A stretch of 64,000 nucleotides of DNA from Candidatus Bathyarchaeota archaeon (lineage in GTDB: Archaea; Thermoproteota; Bathyarchaeia; Bathyarchaeales; Bathyarchaeaceae): assembly GCA_050123155.1 (NCBI GenBank), contig JASFHP010000001.1:140271-204270 (forward strand), read 5' to 3'. The stretch's first letter is position 1, and every line of letters begins with the position of its first letter. The translations under genes and the position numbers were made by a program. Shown here piece after piece: positions 56,610-64,000 of the stretch. The notes beneath the pieces are model-generated. The model did not search any database and was not told the origin of the DNA. It worked only from the letters and a program-made list of their open reading frames with translations.

Positions 56610-57599
56610 CTAAGCCGTTTTAAAGTGTTCCCACCCACGAGTCTCTATAGAAACAGTTTTCTCACCTGTTTGTAGCAGAAGCTGCTTTTTTTCAGTGACT
56701 CGTCCCACTTTTATGAGGCTTCCTCCCACATTTTCCACGGCTTTTTTTGCTTCTTGCCAGAGCCTTGGTCTGATTGTCACCAGCAATTCGTATTCCTCTC
56801 CTCCATACAAGGCTAGTTCCACAGGATCGAAATCGTGAATCTCCGCGAACCTTTCTGTTTCAGAGGCTATCGGAAGGTCCTCTATGAGGAAGCCCACATT
56901 GCTTGCTTGAGAGATTTCGTGGAGACTCCATGCCAGTCCGTCGCTTGAGTCTATGGAGGCTGTTGCCGCCTTTGATTGTGCTAGAGCCATCCCTTCTTGA
57001 ACCCTTGCCTTGGGCATGAGCACAGAGTTAACAAGCTCTCCACTATCCTCAGAAACTGAAAGGTCGTCCATCAGAATTTTTAGTCCAGAGGCTGGTTTTC
57101 CGAAATAGCCCGTGACCGCCACGTAGTCTCCAGGTTTTGCGCCGCTACGCTTGATGAGATGATATTTGCTGCATACTCCTAATGCCATGCAGCTGATTAC
57201 TAGGTCAGAGGCTTCGTTGGTGTCGCCCCCCAAAACGTAGGCGTTGTATTCGCGGGCGCCAGCATTTAGGCCCCTGCCGATCTGCTGTATGTCCGCTTCT
57301 GTTAGGTCTGGAGGCACTCCGATGGAGGCTAGGAGGGCGAGGGGCTGTGCTCCCTTTGCAGTTAGGTCGCTTATGTTCATTATCACTGCTTTGCGGGCGG
57401 CTTGCCAGAGGCTCATGGTTTTTGGGACATCTGTCTTTCCGACAAGCATGTCCATGTTTATTACGGCGAGTTTGTCGTTTCCAAGGTCTACTGCTGAGGC
57501 GTCGTCACCGAATGGAATTGGCATATTCGGCATTTGCTCTAAGCACTCTAGAACGATTTCTATGATTTTTCTTTCGCCCAGTTCCTTAGCTGAACCCAA
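56610..57599 (-). CDS. thiL: Thiamine-monophosphate kinase (AIR-synthase-related fold)
   Basis: LGERKIIEIV...GDDASAVDL...NMDMLV, then GGDTN. TTG start. Confidence 0.8.
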   Translation of the reverse strand: MGSAKELGERKIIEIVLECLEQMPNMPIPFGDDASAVDLGNDKLAVINMDMLVGKTDVPKTMSLWQAARKAVIMNISDLTAKGAQPLALLASIGVPPDLTEADIQQIGRGLNAGAREYNAYVLGGDTNEASDLVISCMALGVCSKYHLIKRSGAKPGDYVAVTGYFGKPASGLKILMDDLSVSEDSGELVNSVLMPKARVQEGMALAQSKAATASIDSSDGLAWSLHEISQASNVGFLIEDLPIASETERFAEIHDFDPVELALYGGEEYELLVTIRPRLWQEAKKAVENVGGSLIKVGRVTEKKQLLLQTGEKTVSIETRGWEHFKTA

Positions 57600-57827
57600 C
57601 TTGGGAACCTCTGCAGGTATTACTTGCTCCTGAACGTCTTAAAAATACCTGTTAAGGGGGAAGTTTAATGTTAATGGCTTTGAATGTGGGTTTAATTCTG
57701 AAAAACTTTTATATCCAAAAATTAATATGACGAAGTTTACCGTTGAAGCAGCGAACCTTAAAACATTATATGAATGTAGAGGTTCTGGCGCAACGGCAAT
57801 CATGTTCAATGCAGAAGAGGGAAAAAG

Positions 57828-59483
57828 GTGAACGCAAGCAAAGTTGTTTTTTTAGTTGCCTTAATTGTAGTTTCGTTATGTGCAGTTAACATTCAGCCCG
57901 TTAACTCACAGAGTGTTGGGGTCATCTACATCACAAGTGATGGAATTGTCACTTCATCAAATGCCACAGTTCCTATTCAGCAGGATGGAGACATCTACAC
58001 TTTCACAGATAACATTAATGGATACTTCCTTGTCATTCAACGTAATAACATTACAGTTGATGGTGCAGGCTACTATCTTTCAGGACAAGGAGAAAGAGGA
58101 GTAGACCTGTCATCCAGAAGCGACGTAACAATTAAGAACCTGCAGATAGGGTCTAGTTTTTACGGCATCTATCTTTATGGGGCTTCAAAAAACACCATAT
58201 CCGGAAACACCATAGCACACAACAGTTATGGCATCTACCTTTACGGAGCCTCACAAAACACTATTACTGGAAACAACGTAACAGACAACGCCATCGGCAT
58301 CAACATCCTTACATCTTCAAAGAATATACTTAGAGACAACAAACTGGACAATAGCTATAATCTCGCGGTTGATGGCAGCGAGGGGGCACACTTCGATAAT
58401 GACATTGATGATTCAAACACAATCAACGGCAAAAAGGTCTACTATCTGGTTAGCCAAAGCAATCTGGCTATAAATTCGGACACTTATCCAGACGTAGGTT
58501 ATCTCGCTCTCGTGAACTGCCAAAACATACTAGTCAGCGATTTGGAGCTCAGCGGCAATGGGCATGGTATACTGTTGGCTTACACAACAAATTCGACACT
58601 GTTTGAAAATCAGATAATGAACAATTACGTTGGAATAGGACTCTTTGCGTCTTCCAGCAACTCCATTACTACAAATATCATAACAGAAAACGATAGGGGA
58701 ATCCAGTTCAGTAACGTTTCAAGCCTTAACAACGTACATATGAACGTTATAACCAACAGCGTAGACGGCATCTTCCTTTTCAACTCTATCCAAAATACTA
58801 TTCTTCTAAACAACGTGACAGACAACGATGTCGGAATCGGCTTCAAAGAATCCTCATATAACATGATTAGAAGCAACCATTTCGTCGATAACAAAATACA
58901 GGTTTACGATGTCAGTTGGGAAAACTATTCTTTAACTGCCTCCACAAACATATGGGATGTTGGCTATCCTACAGGCGGTAATTATTGGAGTGACTATGCT
59001 GGTGCTGATGCGATGAGCGGCAAGAACCAAACCGAGGCAGGTAGCGACGAACTGGGGGATACACCCTATATCATTGACCAACACAACCAAGACAATTATC
59101 CGCTCATGCCTTATGGAAGCCCCCCTGCAATTTTCATTGATTCGCCAGAAAACAAGACATACACGGTAACCTCTGTTTCCTTAAAGTTCACCGTGAGCGA
59201 AACAACCTCGTGGATCAAATACAGCCTAGACGACCAAGCAAACGTTACAATCGCTGAAGACACAACTTTATCCGACCTAGCTTATGGCGAGCACAGCATA
59301 ACACTTTACGCACAGGATACAGATGGAAAAACTGGAACGTCTGAAACAATTTACTTCACCATAGCCGAGGGGGCAGAGCCTCCGCAACCAGACCTTTCTA
59401 TAGCAGTATTGATTGTGGCAGTGATAGCAGTAGCGGTCATAATTGGATTGATTGTTTTCTTCTTCATGAAGGCAGGGAAATGA
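57828..59483 (+). CDS. Secreted parallel beta-helix repeat protein (paralog of 33768-35390) with C-terminal TM anchor
   Basis: Shares IYI..DG.V...NITVDGAGYYLSG and GDTPYIID...DNYPLM with the 540-aa protein. Many NosD/PbH1-type repeats. Confidence 0.8.
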   Translation: MNASKVVFLVALIVVSLCAVNIQPVNSQSVGVIYITSDGIVTSSNATVPIQQDGDIYTFTDNINGYFLVIQRNNITVDGAGYYLSGQGERGVDLSSRSDVTIKNLQIGSSFYGIYLYGASKNTISGNTIAHNSYGIYLYGASQNTITGNNVTDNAIGINILTSSKNILRDNKLDNSYNLAVDGSEGAHFDNDIDDSNTINGKKVYYLVSQSNLAINSDTYPDVGYLALVNCQNILVSDLELSGNGHGILLAYTTNSTLFENQIMNNYVGIGLFASSSNSITTNIITENDRGIQFSNVSSLNNVHMNVITNSVDGIFLFNSIQNTILLNNVTDNDVGIGFKESSYNMIRSNHFVDNKIQVYDVSWENYSLTASTNIWDVGYPTGGNYWSDYAGADAMSGKNQTEAGSDELGDTPYIIDQHNQDNYPLMPYGSPPAIFIDSPENKTYTVTSVSLKFTVSETTSWIKYSLDDQANVTIAEDTTLSDLAYGEHSITLYAQDTDGKTGTSETIYFTIAEGAEPPQPDLSIAVLIVAVIAVAVIIGLIVFFFMKAGK

Positions 59484-59678
59484 TTCCCACACATAGGGGA
59501 CGTCAACTTCTCGACTTCATAGGCGTGTAGGCGCTGCAGCAGCATATACATAAACATCGAATGCTCCACAACCATTTATTTCAAGAACATAACAAAAAGA
59601 ATCTCACAGACGCCTCTGCAGGGGTTGCTTGCTCCCGAATATCTTAAAAATGTGTTATGGACTCAATTCACTGGAAAC

Positions 59679-59755
59679 GCCTCGGTGGCTCAGCCCGGTA
59701 GAGCGGCAGCCTCGTAAGCTGTTGGTCGCGGGATCAAATCCCGCCCGAGGCTCCA
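59679..59755 (+). tRNA. tRNA-Thr (CGU), CCA encoded
   Basis: Hand-folded cloverleaf: GCCTCGG/CCGAGGC acceptor, anticodon loop CTCGTAA, T loop ATCAAAT. A TATA-like tcttaaaaat lies about 30 nt upstream. Confidence 0.9.
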
Positions 59756-59886
59756 TTCTTGCGGCGGATGCCTGTTTTATGCTAGATTTTGGTGCTGTTT
59801 GAGGATAAAAAAAGTCTTCAGGATACGGAGAGTATATATTGTTTCGTAATGAATCGATTATTCTAATGATTCGGAGGAGACGTGTG

Positions 59887-60792
59887 ATGGTTGAGAAGAA
59901 ACTTGTAGCACTCAGTTTGATTTGTGTTGTTCTGTGTGTTGCAGTTGTTGGCGCTGTGGTGATAGTTAATCAGAAAGACGATGAATTGCAAATGAAGGCA
60001 GATCAAATCTCTGGACTTGAAAACGAAAGAATTAGTTTAGAGGCTCAAGTGGCAGATCTCCAGTCTGAAATTGCGTCATTAGGCGACGAAAAGTCTGCTC
60101 TTGAAAATCAGGTTTCAACGTTACAGGCCAACATTACAAGCCTCCAAGCCGAAATCACGTCATTAGAAAACGAAAAGAGCACACTAGAAATGCAAATTTC
60201 AGCTTTACAAGCCAACATCTCAGATCTCCAATCAGAAACAGTTTCATTGAACAATGACAAGTCTGCTCTGGAAGATCAAGTGGTGACTCTCCAGTCTGAA
60301 ATTGCGTCATTAGGCGACGAAAAGTCTGCTCTTGAGAATCAGGTTTCAGCGTTACAGGCCAACATTACAAGTCTCCAGACTGATATCATGTTGTTAGAGG
60401 ATGAGGTGATTGAAAGCTACCAGATCGGCTATGATGCGGGATATGATCAAGGTGTGGAGGATGGGGCTGGAAGCGGCTGGAACATTAGGGACCCAACGTA
60501 TGCCGAGGCGATTGCTTTCGTAAATTCGGATAGAACAAACGAAAACGAGTATACTGACGATTATGTTTGCTACGATTTCACAGCCGACTTCAACACCAAC
60601 GCATTTCAGATGGGCTACAGATGCGGTTTCGTATATATCGAATTTTCTAAAACAGCCCATGCGATAACCTGTTTCAACACCACTGACAGCGGACTGATTT
60701 ACATAGAACCACAAACCGATGAAATTGTTGATGTGTCGGTCGGTCAACTATATTTAGATAAAGTCATAGTGAAAATGGGCATAATTTGGTGA
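59887..60792 (+). CDS. Membrane-anchored coiled-coil protein with C-terminal Cys/His (transglutaminase/papain-like) domain
   Basis: N-terminal TM segment. About 180 aa of 28-residue periodic coiled coil. C-terminal YVCYDFTADF...TAHAITCF...IYIEPQTDE, a pattern compatible with a Cys-His-Asp/Glu triad. Confidence 0.7.
   Translation: MVEKKLVALSLICVVLCVAVVGAVVIVNQKDDELQMKADQISGLENERISLEAQVADLQSEIASLGDEKSALENQVSTLQANITSLQAEITSLENEKSTLEMQISALQANISDLQSETVSLNNDKSALEDQVVTLQSEIASLGDEKSALENQVSALQANITSLQTDIMLLEDEVIESYQIGYDAGYDQGVEDGAGSGWNIRDPTYAEAIAFVNSDRTNENEYTDDYVCYDFTADFNTNAFQMGYRCGFVYIEFSKTAHAITCFNTTDSGLIYIEPQTDEIVDVSVGQLYLDKVIVKMGIIW
60057..60146 (+). repeat. Intragenic direct repeat, copy 1
   Basis: About 90 bp that is near-identical (4 mismatches seen) to 60288-60377, offset 231 bp (77 codons). 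Confidence 0.85.
60288..60377 (+). repeat. Intragenic direct repeat, copy 2
   Basis: See copy 1. Encodes LQSEIASLGDEKSALENQVS(T/A)LQANITSLQ. Confidence 0.85.
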
Positions 60793-60807
60793 TTCAGAAT
60801 AGCGGTT

Positions 60808-61281
60808 TTACTCTGTTAGTGCTTTTTTGATGGGGTCTTCAGGCTTGTCTTTGACGGTGCTGTGAACTATGAAAGTTTCCGTCTCTTTGACGCCGTTCAG
60901 GTTATGGATTTTTTTAACCAATTCAGTTAACTCTCTGTTGTTCTTCACTAACACTTTTGCTATGCTGTCATACTTGCCGAAGATTCTCTGAAATTCGGCC
61001 ACCTGAGGGAAGCCTTTCACAATTTCTTCAGTCTCTTTTCTGAGATCACTTCGCGGGTCCTCTCGCATTAGTATGTACGCCTGAATAGACAGCCCCAAAA
61101 TTTCGGGGTCCATTTTCGGGAAAAACGAGTCCATCAAACCGGAGGTGTGCATTTGCTCGATCTTTTTTGCGACGGTTTGCCTTGTGACGCCTAAGTCTTC
61201 TGCTATTTTAACGACTGGACGTTGCCCCTTCTCGAGCAGGTTGAGCAGAATCTTTTTTTCCAAATCCGTGATGGTTAACAT
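60808..61281 (-). CDS. Lrp/AsnC-family transcriptional regulator
   Basis: N-terminal HTH (KIAEDLGVTRQTVAKKI) plus a C-terminal RAM-like domain. Divergent from pckG. Confidence 0.9.
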   Translation of the reverse strand: MLTITDLEKKILLNLLEKGQRPVVKIAEDLGVTRQTVAKKIEQMHTSGLMDSFFPKMDPEILGLSIQAYILMREDPRSDLRKETEEIVKGFPQVAEFQRIFGKYDSIAKVLVKNNRELTELVKKIHNLNGVKETETFIVHSTVKDKPEDPIKKALTE

Positions 61282-61363
61282 TTTGTTAACATAAAGTTTA
61301 AAAGTGTTGGCAGTTTTTAAACGTTTCTAACCGATAATCAACACGGAGTAAAGGGGATAAAAA

Positions 61364-63244
61364 ATGATTAACCGATACATTGACGCACTGCGTCCTAAAC
61401 TAAGCGATTCCGATTACCAGAAATTATGTGCAGTAAAAATTCCTAAAGTCCACGAATTTATTGCCAAGTCTGCAGACCTGTGTAACGCGGAACACATATT
61501 CATTTGCAGCGATTCTGAAGAGGACAAAGATTACATTCGGCAGCAGGCAATCGCCACCAAAGAAGAAACCCCATTGAACATGACGGGACACACCATCCAC
61601 TTTGATGGCTACTATGATCAGGGGCGAGATCGGAAAGCTACAAAGTATCTTGTGCCAAGAAGGGTTCATTTAACCAAGGCTCTTAACCAGGTTGACAGGC
61701 AGGAAGGTTTGGCAGAGGTAAAGGGTTTACTTAGAGACTCTATGACTGGGCGCACGATGATTTGCCGTTTTCTTTCTTTGGGGCCCACCAATTCGGTGTT
61801 CACGATTCTTGGGCTGCAATGCACTGATTCGTGGTATGTCGCCCACTCAGAAGACCTCCTGTATAGGCCTGGGTACAAGGTTTTCACTCAATCAGCTGCG
61901 GACACAGAATTTTTGCGGGTTGTGCATTCGTCAGGGAAATTAACCGAGAGGATGGTCAGCGCGGAGCACAAGAAGAAATGTATCTACATAGATTATATGG
62001 ATAACACCATCTACAGCGTCAACACGCAATACGCAGGCAACTCGATAGGGTTCAAGAAGCTCGCCTTTCGTTTGGCCATCAGAAAAGCGAACACTGAAGG
62101 TTGGTTAGCTGAGCACATGATGCTGATGGGGGTGCATGGTCCTGGTGGTCGCAAAACTTATTTTGCTGGCGCGTTTCCCAGTGCCTGCGGCAAAACTTCT
62201 ACGGCTATGCTGCCCGGTGAAAATATTCTGGGCGATGATATTGCGTACATTCGCGAGATTGATTCTGTTGCTAGGGCAGTGAATGTTGAGGCAGGTATTT
62301 TTGGAATCATAAAGGACGTTAATCCTGTTGATGATGCTTTGATATTCAAGGTGCTTCACAGCCCATGTGAGATTATTTTTTCTAATGTGTTGGTGAAGGA
62401 TGGCGAACCGTACTGGCTGGGTATGGGCAGTGAGCTTCCTGAAGAGGGGGTCAACTTTTCGGGAGAGTGGTGTAAAGGCAAGAAGGATGAGGCGGGTAAT
62501 GAGATTCCTGTTGCCCACAAGAATGCTCGGTATGCGGTGAATCTTAAGGATGTGGAGAATTGTGACCCGGAGTTAGATAACCCTCAGGGGGTTGAGTTGA
62601 GGGGCATAATGTATGGGGGGCGGGATGCTAAGGCGTATGTTCCGGTGCAGCAGAGCTTTGATTGGGAGCATGGAATTATCGCGTACGGGGCATCTTTGGA
62701 GACGGAGACAACTTTTGCTACAGTCGGCAAAGAGGGGGTGCCTGAAATCAACATGATGAGCATTCAGGACTTTATCTCTATTCCGTTAGGAAAGAACGTT
62801 CGGAATAACTTGGATTTTGGCAAGAAGCTTGAGAATCCGCCTCTTATCTTTGGAGTTAACTACTTCTTGAAGGACAAGGAAGGCAATTATCTCAACGATC
62901 CGAGTGATAAGCATGTTTGGGTGAAGTGGATGGAGCTGCGTGTCCACGGTGAAGTGGACGTGATAGAAACGCCCACAGGCTGCATTCCCAAGTATGAGGA
63001 TTTGCGGAAGCTCTTCAAGCAGGTTCGCGGTAAGGACTACAGCAGGGAAGATTACGTTAAGCAGTTCACCATCCGAGTGCAGGAGAACATGGCTAAGATT
63101 AAGCGTGTGAGGAGATTCTACAAGAAGAACGTCACCTACACGCCCGAAGCCGTGTTTTGGGTGCTGAACCAGCAGTATGAGCGTCTCCTCAACGCAAAAG
63201 AAAAGTACGGCAGCTATATTTCGCCTGAGAAGTTCACCGAATAA
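61364..63244 (+). CDS. pckG: Phosphoenolpyruvate carboxykinase (GTP)
   Basis: FPSACGKTS kinase-1a loop, NARY, and a length of about 626 aa. Confidence 0.92.
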   Translation: MINRYIDALRPKLSDSDYQKLCAVKIPKVHEFIAKSADLCNAEHIFICSDSEEDKDYIRQQAIATKEETPLNMTGHTIHFDGYYDQGRDRKATKYLVPRRVHLTKALNQVDRQEGLAEVKGLLRDSMTGRTMICRFLSLGPTNSVFTILGLQCTDSWYVAHSEDLLYRPGYKVFTQSAADTEFLRVVHSSGKLTERMVSAEHKKKCIYIDYMDNTIYSVNTQYAGNSIGFKKLAFRLAIRKANTEGWLAEHMMLMGVHGPGGRKTYFAGAFPSACGKTSTAMLPGENILGDDIAYIREIDSVARAVNVEAGIFGIIKDVNPVDDALIFKVLHSPCEIIFSNVLVKDGEPYWLGMGSELPEEGVNFSGEWCKGKKDEAGNEIPVAHKNARYAVNLKDVENCDPELDNPQGVELRGIMYGGRDAKAYVPVQQSFDWEHGIIAYGASLETETTFATVGKEGVPEINMMSIQDFISIPLGKNVRNNLDFGKKLENPPLIFGVNYFLKDKEGNYLNDPSDKHVWVKWMELRVHGEVDVIETPTGCIPKYEDLRKLFKQVRGKDYSREDYVKQFTIRVQENMAKIKRVRRFYKKNVTYTPEAVFWVLNQQYERLLNAKEKYGSYISPEKFTE

Positions 63245-63251
63245 TCGCCCC

Positions 63252-63279
63252 TTTTTTTCTCTGTTCCACTTTGGTGGAA
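63252..63279 (+). terminator. Oligo-T tract plus short hairpin after pckG
   Basis: ttttttt starts 8 nt after the stop, followed by ttccac-tttg-gtggaa. Confidence 0.5.
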
Positions 63280-63339
63280 ACGGAAAATCTATAGGCTAGT
63301 CCACAATAGAACATATCCTAACCCTTTAAACAGGGTTGC

Positions 63340-63416
63340 GCCTCGGTGGCTCAGCCCGGTAGAGCGGCAGCCTTGTAAGCTGTTGGTCGCGGGATCAAAT
63401 CCCGCCCGAGGCTCCA
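63340..63416 (+). tRNA. tRNA-Thr (UGU), CCA encoded
   Basis: Identical to the tRNA at 59679-59755 except for anticodon position 34 (loop CTTGTAA). Confidence 0.9.
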
Positions 63417-63450
63417 CAATTATAACATGAACTTTCTAGACATCAATCAT

Positions 63451-63501
63451 ATTAAGAGCTTAATAACAGAAGATTGTTGAACAGCCTTTTTTCTGGAAAA
63501 C
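63451..63501 (+). repeat. Interspersed ~50-bp repeat, copy F
   Basis: attaagagcttaataacagaagattgttgaacagccttttttctggaaaac, 35 nt downstream of tRNA-Thr(UGU). Confidence 0.8.
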
Positions 63502-63640
63502 ATAAGCAACAACCAGCGGTAGCAATGTTGTCTCAAAAGTGGACGATATTATATCAAATGTGGCCGGGGTGAGATAATTTCAGCAGAAAATGGTGATATC
63601 CCCCGCAAATACCTCCTTTTTTAGTGCATTGATGGAAGAA

Positions 63641-63982
63641 TTAACTCAACTCGTCATTTTTTTCTTGAATGTTTGTAAGCATTTGAAATTTTCTTTCTGT
63701 TAAGTCAAGATACAGATGAATTTGGTTATTAAATGGAAATTCCATGAAGATATCTTCTGATTTCACCCAATCGTGACTCTCATCTAGAATCTGTCCATTC
63801 TTACACGTTTCAATTCCATTAGCAAATGGACCCAGACGCGAATAAACGAATTTCGATTTGTACAAATGTGGGACAAAAGGAAAGTTAGGTCTTTTAAACA
63901 ATGTATGATGACAAGCAACTTTGTAATATCGTCGCAATAGAAAATCTGGTAGTGCGTAGTATATCCAGTTAAATTTTTGCAT
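63641..63982 (-). CDS. Hypothetical protein in AT-rich DNA at the window end
   Basis: 113-aa ORF with AT-rich codon usage unlike the core genes. No motif recognised. Confidence 0.3.
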   Translation of the reverse strand: MQKFNWIYYALPDFLLRRYYKVACHHTLFKRPNFPFVPHLYKSKFVYSRLGPFANGIETCKNGQILDESHDWVKSEDIFMEFPFNNQIHLYLDLTERKFQMLTNIQEKNDELS

Positions 63983-64000
63983 TTGAGTGTGTTGACCTGA

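Noticed and set aside
60057-60377. Diversity-generating retroelement template/variable repeat pair
   Set aside because: Three of the four mismatches are A-to-G. However, there is no reverse transcriptase nearby, both copies lie inside one coiled-coil ORF, and the substitutions are few and mostly synonymous. Ordinary intragenic duplication explains it.

Overview
The window is an archaeal chromosomal segment. Archaeal markers present are TFB, Gar1, SRP19, ribosomal protein eS8, aIF2-gamma, SMC-ScpA-ScpB, a GINS-MCM-Hel308 operon, RFC small and large subunits, and a class-III (pilin-type) signal peptide protein. Composition and protein repertoire fit a TACK/Bathyarchaeia-like lineage, but I cannot assign the taxon without searches. 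Most of the window is housekeeping and metabolism: SerB, PurB, MoaA, ThiL, a MetE-like protein, GTP-PEPCK, TusA-IscS-IscU, a GlpA-like FAD oxidoreductase operon, and a histidine kinase/receiver pair. There are three tRNAs: initiator Met, Thr-CGU and Thr-UGU. Several genes encode secreted beta-helix, beta-propeller and repeat surface proteins with a shared C-terminal anchor. No rRNA, CRISPR array, transposase or integrase was seen. The main items for a second look are listed here. (1) A strongly AT-rich island at about 7953-10331 carries a tightly packed three-gene cassette whose last gene looks HEPN-like; this is the best candidate for an undescribed toxin/defence module. (2) A ~50-bp interspersed repeat family has 6 copies, always at gene 3' ends, with three in tandem at the island edge. 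(3) A 34-bp copy of the initiator-tRNA 3' end sits 3.2 kb from the intact tRNA and brackets the FAD-oxidoreductase operon like att sites. (4) Paired palindromic GTCAAG-N5-TTGAC sites with identical spacing lie in front of two surface-protein transcription units. (5) An IscS homolog has the PLP lysine replaced (SGHK to SSND). (6) There are two atypical asparagine-synthase-like proteins. (7) A paralogous membrane-protein pair is coupled to a permease in one case and a KamA-family radical SAM enzyme in the other. All functional calls rest on motif recognition by eye, with no database search run.
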